The notes under the pieces are model-generated. The model made no database searches, had not been told where the DNA came from, and saw nothing but the letters and a program-made list of their open reading frames with translations. The position numbers and the translations under genes were made by a program. DNA of 36,252 bases from Chiloscyllium plagiosum. Its lineage: Eukaryota. The stretch's first letter is position 1; each line of letters begins with the position of its first letter. This document shows, piece by piece, positions 25,506 through 36,139 of the stretch. The stretch is taken from NCBI RefSeq assembly GCF_004010195.1, contig NW_025213825.1:1-36252 (forward strand), written 5' to 3'.

Positions 25506-25639
25506 TAACAGACTGTGTTGCAAGATCTGAAATTTCATCTTTCTATAGCTGAATTGATTTCCTCCATGAATGCAACATTGAGGTATTCAGTTATGGCACT
25601 CACCACTGATGACAGTGTTGCTTTGGGGTTTGGATGATT

Positions 25640-26345
25640 GAGGTGTAGTGTTACTACCAATTCTTTTTTCAATGCAGAGTAAAAAGACCTGCTAATTGTC
25701 AATGGAAGACCAGGTGGGTCTTAACAAGAACAACCACTTGTCTTACAGAACAATAGGTAGTTGATTGCATTATGGAAATCTGTACATTGACAAGTTTGAC
25801 ATTATTATTTAAGATTATCTGTGCAATCTACAAGTTCATAGAACAATGAGTTTCCCTATTCAAGTCATTGGATCATATCAAGGCATAACTAGATATTGGG
25901 TAGTAAAAAGATGAACTCATCATTAAAAAATAGTGGAATTTAATTGAGCAAGAGAATGGTGATACTGAATCTGAAAGAATACCTAGTGTAGGTCTGATAT
26001 TTTGTGACAATCATAGTCAAATAAACATCAGAGCCAAATGAAATTAACTTTTTACATAAATGTATACTTTCAGCACGTATGGGAGAAGTCAGGGTAATAA
26101 CAAAACTAAATGAAAGCTAATTTGATTCAGAGAATTATGACACTCAATTGCAAAATGTTGCATCTTGGTGTCATCAGTTGGAACTGGGATTGCAAAATGA
26201 ATAATGTCAATCAGGAAACAGGTCAGGATGTGAGAGCTGAGAAAACATTGGAAATGTCACAACAGTGCTTGGCAACAGTCGCTAAGGGGAATGGAGCCTT
26301 AGGAGCTTTAAATAGAGCTCCAAGTAGATTCAAGATTTAATGAAA
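25640..26345 (+). mobile_element. Ancient CR1 RT fragment
   Basis: ORF 26110: CKMLHLG...EK.LEMSQQCLATVAKGNGALGALNR resembles KCKVLHLG...EKDLGV...MSQQC...KAN.ILG.I.R. Confidence 0.6.
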
Positions 26346-26831
26346 CTTAGTTATGTGTAGGCCATTCAGACCTTCAAGCTTGCTCTGCAATTCAATATTA
26401 TCATGCTGATCTTCCAACTTCATGCCCTGTTCTTGCTTTCTCCCTATACGCTTTGACCCCTTTAGCTCTATCAACTATATTCAACTCCGTCTCGGAAATA
26501 TTTAATGTTTTGGCCTCAACTGCTTTCTGTGGTAGAGAATAGCACAGCTTCACCACTTCTGCTGCGTAACAAAATTTCTCTTCCCATCTCAGTTTAAAAT
26601 GGCCTACCTTGTGTCCATAGATGATGATCCCTGTTTCTGACACCCAATCATCAGGAACATCTTTCCTGCATTCACCCTGCATAATCATGTTAGTATTTCA
26701 TAGGTTTGAGAAGCCCTGCCCCATTCTAAATTCCAGTGAATAATATCCTAATCAATCTTTCTTCATGTATCAATTCTGCCATCACAAGAATCAGACAAGT
26801 ATATCTTTGTTGCACTCCTTCTATAGCCAAA

Positions 26832-26972
26832 TAAGACATAGACAGATATAAACAGGAGTGTCAGGGGCTTTGCTCACTCTAGTAGTGCTAGCTGGGTCAG
26901 TGTAATGAACTGTGCACATGTATATAAAAGGGTGGCCTGGTGATAGGGCACCAGCCTTTGTGGAATTATTTC
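26832..26972 (+). mobile_element. Short LTR-like fragment inserted in CR1
   Basis: Non-CR1 block ending ATAAAAGGGTGGCCTGGTGATAGGGCACCAGCCTTTGTGGAATTATTTCA, resembling a recalled shark LTR end. Confidence 0.35.
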
Positions 26973-27285
26973 ACCTTCTGCCTTCTGCACCTAAATGCTT
27001 ACTTTTGGTAACTGGTATACAAAGTCCCACAGGTCTCGTACACCTCTTTCCCAATTTATCACCATTCACATAATAATCTGCCTTCCTATTTTTGCTACCA
27101 AAAAAAGATAGCCTCACATTGTATTTCATCTGCCATGCATTTGCCTATTCACTCAATTTGTCCAAATCTCTACATCCTCCTCACAGCTCACCTTCCCATC
27201 TAGCTTTGTCTCATCTGCAAACGTAGAGATATTACATTTAGACTATTAATAAAAATGATGAACAACTGGAATCTAAACACTTCAA

Positions 27286-27637
27286 TTATTTTTTAATTCA
27301 TTCACAGGATGAGGGCATCTCTGGCTAGGCAGCATTTATTACCCATCCCTAATCGCCCAGAGGGCAATTATGAGTCAACCACATTGCTGTGGATCTGGAG
27401 TCACATGTAGGCCAGACCAAGTAAGGATTGCTGTTTCTTTCCCTAAAGGACATTAGTGAACCATATGTTTATTTTCCTGACAATCAACAATGGACTCAAG
27501 GCCATCATTAGACTTAATTCCAGATATTTTATTGAATTCAAATTCTATTATCTGCCATGGTAGGATTTGAACCTAGTCCCCCAGGACATTACCTGGATCA
27601 AAAATCTAGCAAAAATACCACTAGGCCACCACCTCCC
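27286..27637 (-). mobile_element. tRNA-derived SINE (head shared with LINE at 23596, tail shared with 36140-36252)
   Basis: A box TGGCCTAGTGG, B box GGTTCAAATCC, AATAAA and A-rich tail. Confidence 0.88.
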
Positions 27638-28496
27638 TGGACTAAACCCCACTAGTGCACTGCCTACCACTCAAATAAAGATCTTTTTAATTCTACTTTG
27701 TGTTTCTTGTCTGCCATCCAGTTTATTATCCATGTCAGGAACTATCCCCAAATGCATGCACATTAAATTTTACGTGCTCATCTCTGACTGGGGAACTTAT
27801 TCAAAGCCTTCTGAAAATCCAAGTAAATCACACCCACTGGATCTCTCTTATGAGCTCTATTAGGTATATCTTGGAAAAATTTCAATAGATTTGCAGACTC
27901 TGTCCAATTCTGTTAATGTTTTACATGTGCTATGCTATTAAATCTTTTCTGATGGACTCCAACATTTTCTCTACTACAGACATCAGGCTATCCAGCCTAT
28001 AAATTCCCTATTTTCTATCTACCTCCATTTTGTGTTTTTTTAAAGTGGAACTAAATTAGCTACCTTCCAATCCATAGAAAACATTCCAGAATCTGTAGAA
28101 TTTTGAAAAATGTCCACCAATGCATCCACTATTTCCAGGGTCACTTCCAAAACTAATGTGATTTGTAGATTATCAGGCCCTAGAGATACATTGACCTTTT
28201 GTCCCATCAATTTACGAAGCACCATTTTCCTAAAACAACTGATTTCCTTCAGTTCCTCCCTCTCACCAGATTGATCTTCCCCAACATTTCTGGAATATTA
28301 TTTGAGTCCTCTTTTGTGAATACCAAAACAAAATATGTACTTAATTAATCTGCCATCTTTGTTCCCCATTATAATGTCTTCTGTTTCTGACTTTAAAAGA
28401 TCTACCTTTGTTTTCACTAATCTTTTTCTTTTTAGAAACATATAGAAAATGCTACAATTAGCTCATAGTCTATTTTCCTCTAATATCAATCCTTTT

Positions 28497-28822
28497 ATCT
28501 CATCATAGAATTCCAACAGCATGGAAACAGGCCATTTGGCCTAACAAGTCCACACTGACCCTCTAAATAGTAATCCACCCAGATCCATTCCCCTGCCTCT
28601 ATTATTCTACATTTATCCCTAAATAATGTACATAACTCACACATCTCTGAACACGAAGGGCAATTTAGCATAGCTAATTCACCTAACCTGCACATCTTTG
28701 GATTGCGGGAGGAAACCCATGCAGAGAATGTCTGTGGGGAGCTTACACAGTTGTCAGAGGCTGGAATTGAACCTGGGGCCCTTGGTGCTGTAAGGCAGCA
28801 GTGCTAACCACTCAGCCACCAT
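28497..28822 (-). mobile_element. HE1-type SINE
   Basis: GGTGGCTGAGTGGTTAGCACTGCTGCC head, B box GGTTCAATTCC, CR1-like tail; similar to 7199-7519. Confidence 0.88.
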
Positions 28823-29595
28823 ATCCTTGTCTGAAATTCAAGCTGCTCCAGATTCTCAGTTGTGCTGCTTGTTTTAGCCTTTCTCTCCCCCACTTCCTTG
28901 GATCTAATATGATCCTAACTTCCTTTGTTAGACAGTCAGGCCATCTTTCCTATTTTATTTTTGTAGCAGACAGGAACGAGCAACTATTGCATTTCCTCTA
29001 TATATTCTTTATGAATATTTAATAACACTTCATAATAGAACTTTGCCTTCCATATTTGTTAATTTTACATTTATTTCTGGCTTCACTGTAATCAATGGCT
29101 GAAAAAGAAGTTAAATAACTTTAAAAATGTGAAAGCTATTGTCACCAACCAGTAGTTCAACCTCTGTTTGTGAACTCCAGCCTCTCTCAGGGTGGAAGGT
29201 TAACAGGCCACATAATTGAAAACACAAACTAGTAACAAACATTAACTGTTGCTTAACAATGTTTAGGTTGTTTGTACATGCTTAAAATGATCACAGAACT
29301 TTAAATATGAATTTGTTAGAAATTTGCTGCAACTGGTAAATGTTGTACAATTTTAAATGTTTCTCTGATAATAAACTAAAATGACTGCATAAAAGATTTA
29401 TGAACAATGACTTTTAGTTTGGAGAGTTTTCTAGCAATCTATCACCTTGAGGTGATTGAAACAACTTGGCTACTTGGGGTTTCTCTAGTTGGCATTGCAT
29501 ATTGTCCTGAACAAAACAAGAAATTTAGAAATGTTCAAAGAAAACTGATCACAAAAGCTCAAGCACATTAAACAATAATATGCTATTCAGCCTGA

Positions 29596-29638
29596 TATAT
29601 GTATATATATAATATATATATCACTGTGATATATATTC
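29596..29638. repeat. Imperfect (TA)n microsatellite
   Basis: ATATATGTATATATATAATATATATATCACTGTGATATATATT. Confidence 0.7.
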
Positions 29639-31877
29639 TGAAACAAAAAGAGCTTGTAATTAGTGTATGTTTAAACAAAGAGGGAATCTCTTTTATAAGA
29701 TTACGAAAAATCTGTAAACCATAATTAAAACATCCCTTGAATCTGACCCTTTCCCTGAGTGTTGAACACATTAACTAAATTTGATACTCCACCATTCATT
29801 ATCAACCGTGGAAAAAAAAACTATGCGCTGCAGGGTAATATTCTCAAAGAATGACTAATTGGACTTTATTATTCAGTATTTCATATTTAAAGTATCAGGA
29901 AAGGGTTTGTGTTCAATGCATTTCTGTTTACTGCTGTTTGAGGCTACTTGATCCACAAAACAAGCTCCAGGCAAATCCCTGCTACTCCCAAGAGTGAGCC
30001 AGTTTCTGCCAAAGAAGGAATTCTGATGAAAACAGAAACCATCTTTCCAATGAAGCAAGCAGTCAATTACTGGGAGCAGAAAAAGCCTGGATTTTACTTG
30101 TGTTTCTTTAGCTTTCTGCATAAATGCAAGTGTTTTTTTTTGTGATGTCCTTTAATCTTAGTCTCAAAATTACAGGCTCTAATCCACTGATCCATTTTCT
30201 AAACAACCATCTTTTTGGAGTGAAAACTTCAAGATAATTCAAAACAAATTTTGTTTGCCAGAAATGTGAAATAATTACCAGTTAAAGCAGAAAACATTTA
30301 TTTCTGAATAAATCTTTCTGGCCCAGGTAAGAATTTCAAACTGAGGAAGGTCAACACCATCACCACCGGAATTTCCCACTATCCCATTCCAGGCTTTATT
30401 CTGGATACTCCATGTCTGCTTAGTATTCTGTGCTTAATTCAAAACGAGGCCTGTTTCCATATTAAAATTTCTATGCAAAGCAAATATTCCAGAAACTAGC
30501 TTAAAATGAATAACCATTCTACTGAGGAGCCCCAACTACATTAAAAAAAACATGAAAAGCTTAGGAGGTAGTTAAATGACAGTACACACAAAAGGAAAAC
30601 TGAAACAGACTGTACTTCAGAAACTAAAATATTCTGAAATACAAAAAGAACACGTTTTAATTGCAGATATCTCTATTTGAGGCAGTAGAAAGAAATGGTG
30701 GAAGGACCAATTATATCTATCTGTTGGAACGGGAGGCTTAAGCTTTGCAATTGTTAGCGGATACTGCTAAATTTCATATAAGGAATCTGAGCCATCAGGT
30801 GAGCCCACTGTTCAAGCCCCATGTCCCACAGAGATAATCTTAACACTTACCCTATCAGGCTTTTTTTCATTGTACCAGCTCACTTTACTTAGTAAAGCTT
30901 TGAATAAGTATGCTTCTCCTCTCACATTGAGAGTTAATTGCTTCAAGGACTAATTTACATCACTATTTGCATAGATTGACAAGGTAGCTGCAGGAGTAGT
31001 AGTGCTGACCCTGGAACTTAAAAGAATGACTCCAGATGACACAAGTAAACTCTAAATAAATAATCACAATGAGGAGATGCTGCTTTCTACTGCAATCTGA
31101 TAAGCACTGAATTCAGATTCATCTGGTCCACAATGACTCAACTAAATTACATAATATTATAGCTGTATGGTGTCATCTGGGTGGTTCTTAACTGGAAAGC
31201 CACATGCTAATATGTAATGGTTTGCTCAGCCAGAGCACTAAGCTTCCTTTCCATACTCCAGAGATGGAGTGGGTGGAGAGGATATTGAAAAATCCTCACA
31301 GTTGCAATGTTTCTATTTGGATAGTTCACAAAGGAAATAACTGTTGTGTAAACCCTCAAAGATTTGTTGAAACAATGGAGGAGGAATTCAGTTGATGGCT
31401 GTATGTTTCGTTGATTAAATAAGAGGCAAACAATTGGAAATCTGGAAGTGAGTGAAAGTTAATCTAGGCTGGCTCCCTGATGGCCAATGCCCACAAAATG
31501 AAACTTGCAGACAGGTCTCTAAAATGGGCAAACTGCTGGCTCACCTGAAATAAAGGTAATTCAGGAGTCTGTGGTGGTTGTAGGAGTCTGATTATTCTAG
31601 TGGGAAGATGGCGTACTGAAACTGCATCCTACTGTTGTTAACCCTTGAGTGGCCTTACCAGAAGTCTTTAAATATTTCTGAGTCTCTAACTTTGACCATT
31701 TTTGATCAGTTTCTTAAAGTTCTTAGTTTGCAGACCCATGGAAAGCAAGAGTGCTGATAGTGAACTAGTCAGTTTCACCAAAGGATGGTGGGATTTAATC
31801 CACAGCTCATTATTTTTCAATAAAGTACAAACTGCTGCTTCAATTACCTGAAATGATGTGCACTTAATTCAGAATGA

Positions 31878-32066
31878 GGGTGGCACAGTGGTTCGGTGGT
31901 TAGCACTGCTGCTTCACCAGGGACCTGGGTTCGGTTCCAACCCCAGGTGACTGTGTGGAATTTGTACATGCTCCTTTTGTCTGTGCGGTTTCCTCCTGGT
32001 GCTCCAGTTTCCTCCCACAGTCCTAAAATGGGCAAGTTAGGTCGATTGGCTGCGCTAAATTATTCA
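31878..32066 (+). mobile_element. HE1-type SINE, 3'-truncated
   Basis: GGGTGGCACAGTGGTTCGGTGGTTAGCAC...GGGTTCGGTTCC...CTCCAGTTTCCTCCCACAGTCC. Confidence 0.88.
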
Positions 32067-32185
32067 TAAAATAATTCAGAGTGATCTTCCTAATCGGTGT
32101 TTTTAGTAATGGTTAGCTCCATTTGCCTGATACAGCCAGCTTTCCAGGATAAAGGAGGGTGGTACAACACAAACTTATTAACAGA

Positions 32186-32768
32186 AAATAGAACATAGAA
32201 CATAGAACAATACAGCACAGAACAGGCCCTTCGGCCCATGATGTTGTGCCGAACATTTGTCCTAGCTTAAACACCCATCCATGTACCTATCCAATTGCCA
32301 CTTAAAGGTCACCAAAGATTCTGACTCTACCACTCCCACAGGCAGCACATTCCATGCCCCCACCACTCTCTGGGTAAAGAACCCACCCCTGACATCTCCC
32401 CTATACCTTCCACCCTTCACCTTAAATTTATGTCCCCTTGTAACACTCTGTTGTACCCGGGGAAAAAGTTTCTGACTGTCTACTCTATCTATTCCTCTGA
32501 TCATCTTATAAACCTCTATCAAGTCCTTCGCCGTTCCAATGAGAAAAGGTCTAGCACTCTCAACCTATCCTCGTACTACCTATTCTCCATTCCAGGCAAC
32601 ATCCTGGTAAATCTTCTCTGCACCCTCTCCAAAGCTTCCACATCTTTCCTAAAGTGAGGCGACCAGAACTGCACACAGTACTCCAAATGTGGCCTAACAA
32701 AGTCCTGTATAGTTGCAACATCACTTCACGACTCTTGAATTCAATCCCTCTGCTAATGAACGCTAATG
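32186..32768 (-). mobile_element. CR1 3' fragment with (TTCTATG)n tail
   Basis: ORF 32262: IEVYKMIRGIDRV...TRGHKFKV...FFTQRVVGAWNVLP. Confidence 0.93.
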
Positions 32769-33727
32769 TAAAACTTATTTGAGAATAATAGGTAGAACAG
32801 CAGTAGAAGCACCTTAGATTCTTAAAAAGAGGAATGTAGATCTTTCAGGATGAAAGTGGCAAGATGGCCTTATTATTTGTTGTGACCTTAAGACATGATT
32901 ACACTTTGATACATACAAAGTTCAAGGTCATCACGTGTCCTAATATATCAACCCCTTAGATAGGTATTGCTTGGTTAGATGACACCAAGATGATACTTGA
33001 CATAGTTATAAATACACAAGCCAAGAAGACTGAGGAAATACACAGATTGAATTCTATTAATCATTCATGATTAGACAACGCAGTCATTAGAAGACTGAGA
33101 TACCCAGAAAATAATTACTTCTGCATTTGCAACATGTTCTGTAGCTCTGGACCAAAGAACCCCTGTCCATCGCATTAAACTGTAGGTCTGAGGCTTACTC
33201 AATCCTGTCTGTGCCCATCTCAGACAGAAATAGTTTAAGAGCCACAAATAGATTCTGTGTCTAGGGAACTGAAAGTAAGAATTCGCTTGTCCTCAAACAC
33301 TACTTACTGATTTTACTCACAAATATCTAGTGATCATTTTTGCTCAAGATGATCAGCCCCCAATGAGTTTTTTTTTTGGTGATAAGTTAGCATTGGTTGA
33401 AACAAGTCTCTCATGACTGATCTGCCCTGACTACCAAACTGGAAATTCTGATACCTTCAAATAACTAAGGTGCCCAATTCTTGAAATCAGGGTTCGGACT
33501 CAGAGCACTAATTACTTCTTAGGAACTTGCTGCCAAAATTTGGAATAAACCGCCCAGAAATCAATTGAATAAACTGTTCTGCTGATGCCAGCCCCTACAA
33601 GGGTGGAGGTGGGGGGTGGCAGGGGTGGGAGTTGGGGGCCCTCCAAAATGTTCACCTTCTTTCTCAACTAAGGGTTGCCCACCACAGTGGATGACAGGGC
33701 CCTCAGCCGTTCCATTTCCTCCCCTCC

Positions 33728-34680
33728 CACAACAGCAATAGGGTTCCCTGGTGCTCATTTATCATCTCACCACCCTCCACATCCATAAGAATATTAGCTG
33801 CCATTTCCATTACCTTCAGAGGGATGCTACCACTAAACATATTCTCCAGCCCTCCCTTGTCAACATTTTGTAGGTATCCTGGTCCGCTCCTCTTCTACTC
33901 CCAACACATCCCAACAGCACAAACCCAGAAGGCATAATATCCACCTGTTTACTTAGTCTTTCCTATCCAAGGCTTTAGACACACCTTCCAGGTAAAGGAA
34001 CAATTTACCTACACATCACTCAATCTAATGTACTACACTTGCTGTTTGCAATATGGTCTCTCTACTTTGGGCAGATGAAATACAAATAGGATGCCCACTT
34101 GGTGGAACCCCTATATTCTGTTCACAAAGATGACTGAGCTTTGTTGCCTGACACTTCAACACACCACCATGATCTCTGGCCAACAAATATCTCAGACTTA
34201 CTCAGTGCAAGCTGGAAGAACAATATCTCATTTTCGACCTGGGGATCCTTCATACTTCAGGACTCAATAATCGAGTTCAATAAGGGCTGGAGCAATTGTG
34301 TGACTCTATGACTATGTCCTTATCCTAACTGCGACATACCATGTCTTGTCATCACATGGGCTGCTACAATTATCCCATCATCAGCTATTAATGGCCCCCA
34401 TTAGCAGTTATCAATTCTTCCAAGCTGTCCTTTGCACCATTCCTTTCTCTGACCAACTATTATCTCTCTCTGGGCTTCATCTCCATCTTTCACTTACTCC
34501 TCTGCCTCCCACCTTCAGAACATACCAACCTTTCCCTAGCTACAATCACTTCTGAAGAAGGATCACTGGACATTACATATTAACTCTGCTTTTACTTTGC
34601 AGATGCTGCCAGACCTGCTCAGGTTTTCCAACAATTTCTGTTTTTTTGTTTCTGATTTACAGCAAACATAGTTCTTTAGC
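33728..34680 (+). mobile_element. Penelope-like element 3' half (RT thumb, GIY-YIG endonuclease, terminal repeat)
   Basis: RVP.VLIYHLTTLHIH...HFHYLQRDATTKHI; FTYTSLNLMYYTCCLQYGL (cf. FTCxSSNVIYxIxCxxCGLLYIGET); KLEEQYLIFDLG; decayed hammerhead CTGAAGAAGGATCAC at ~34552. Confidence 0.85.
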
Positions 34681-34801
34681 TTCTTTGGCCAGAAATCACT
34701 GTTCTTCAATGTAGCCAACAGTAAGTATAGTCACCCTGACAATATAGCACCATTTGATTATCCAGAGCCAGTCCTGTCATGACCCATCACGAGCTGATCA
34801 A

Positions 34802-34869
34802 TTCAGTTGAGGCCTCAACTAAATTGAGGCCTCAACTCAGTTGAGGCCTAAATTGAGTCCTCAGCTGAA
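34802..34869. repeat. Tandem palindrome cluster (TTGAGGCCTCAA)
   Basis: Perfect 16-bp palindrome AGTTGAGGCCTCAACT (34805-34820), 12-bp copy (34824-34835) and two partial copies. Confidence 0.85.
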
Positions 34870-35387
34870 CTGGGACATTCATTTGGTCTCGTGCTTAAAA
34901 TCAGTATCCATGGATACCTGGGATTTAATCTCTATTATACTTTGCCTCATTGATTCTTTATGGAGGTGCAGCAGAACATTTTAAGTGGAAGAGAATTGAT
35001 TTTAACATAGAACAGAACTTATGTGAGAAGGAAAGATGTTAAGATCCTTTAGTTAGAGCTTTAGGAATCCCCAGTGCTACCAGCACACCCAGGTACTAGA
35101 AAATAGGAGAATAAAAGAAACAAAACGTTTAATGTGTGGACGAAGAAATAGCTCAAGAGGAAGGGCTTTAGAGTTCTGTTTCTTTGGGATTAGGTCCAGG
35201 TCATGAAGGATCTGTTCACAAGAAGTATATTCATTTCAATGGAGTTGGGAACCACTGCACTTGCTGGATGGTTAAGTAATGCTGTCATAGAGGGCTTAAA
35301 TTGAGAAGGAAATGGGTAGCAGGTTTAAATATTAAAAAGAGAAGAAACAATATGCATAAAGGAATCAGATAGGCAGCACTAAACAAC

Positions 35388-35427
35388 AGATTCCTGAAGA
35401 AGGGCTTATGCCCGAAACGTTGATTCT
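35388..35427 (+). ncRNA. Minimal type I hammerhead ribozyme motif
   Basis: Stem I AGATTC/GATTCT (5 of 6 pairs), core CTGAAGA (35394-35400), stem II GGGC-TTAT-GCCC, GAAA (35414-35417), palindromic ACGT stem III, NUH = GTT. Confidence 0.75.
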
Positions 35428-35479
35428 CCTGTTCCTTGGATGCTGCCTGACCTGCTGCGCTTTTCCAGCAACACATTTT
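35389..35479 (+). mobile_element. 91-bp Penelope-derived mini-insertion with 15-bp flanking direct repeat
   Basis: CAGCACTAAACAACA at 35374-35388 and 35480-35494; body matches other PLE tails (GATGCTGCCTGACCTGCTG..TTTTCCAGCA). Confidence 0.88.
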
Positions 35480-36139
35480 CAGCACTAAACAACAAGCTAG
35501 TTCAGAAATAGGAAGGATAAGATGGGTGTGTACAGGCTGCAAGGTAACTGAGCATGGGTTTGCACTGCATGCAGATAAATGCAAGTGCCTTAGTAAGTGA
35601 ACTGTGACCACAAGATGCCACATGGGACTTATGCTAAAGATGCAGTAACAGAGAACTGTTTGAAACTGAATTTTCCCGGTTAGGAGGCATTCAGGAAAGT
35701 AAGAGTATGGAAGGAGGGTAGACAGTAGCATAGGTGAAAGAAACACGTAGAGCACTGAGGAGAATCTACTTTATACGGCTTAAAGGAGCTCATCCATTAA
35801 TCGGTTTATGCTATAGAACACTAAAAAGTATAAAGAGAGGAGACAAATTTACAAGCAAGTCAAAATGGTGCCAGAAGTAAAAGAAGATCAGATTTAGATC
35901 AGTTATGAAAAAGGACAATGAAAAATTAAGCTAAAGATATTTAACTGGAGGAAGGCTAATTTCAGTGTGGTGAGAGAGATGGATTGGAGTAAAAAATTGG
36001 CAGGTTTTCAAAAAGGCGATAGGTAGGATTCAGAATGTGATGCATTCCCGAAAGGGGTGAAGGAGTTAGAGTTCATTAATCAACAAGATTTAAACAGACT
36101 AAAATGAAAGAGCACAAGATGCTTTTAAAAAGGAAATGA

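Larger units (their letters stand above)
26350..28930 (-). mobile_element. CR1 ORF2 copy interrupted by three later insertions
   Basis: 3' end at ~26350 (ORF 26401 VVKLCYSLPQKAVEA); RT-proximal SLGPDNL...IFQNSTDSGMFSMDWKVANLVPL (ORF 28040). Confidence 0.85.
35020..36130 (+). mobile_element. Old CR1 fragment (ORF1 esterase end plus ORF2 endonuclease start)
   Basis: FNVW.KK...KGFR...IHFNGVGTTALAGWLSNAVIEGLN* followed by LHCMQINAS (cf. LKCIYFNARS). Confidence 0.65.

Noticed and set aside
29799..29840. TATCAACCGTGGAAAAAAAAA (YQPWKKK) as the next DDX54 exon
   Set aside because: No AG acceptor or branch point before it, and an in-frame stop follows within a few codons.
30260..30332. Strong plus-strand donor CAG|GTAAGA
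   Set aside because: The upstream candidate exon has stops in all frames and no DDX54 similarity.
30851..30988. Minus-strand segment with good acceptor (CCTGCAG) and donor (G|GTAAGT)
   Set aside because: Stops in all three frames; no evidence for a non-coding exon.
34802..34869. CRISPR array
   Set aside because: Vertebrate DNA, units of only 12-16 bp, no unique spacers and no cas genes.
35285..35755. Longest ORF in the track (156 aa) as a gene
   Set aside because: It is the antisense of a decayed CR1 plus the PLE insert; low-information Leu/Cys-rich translation.
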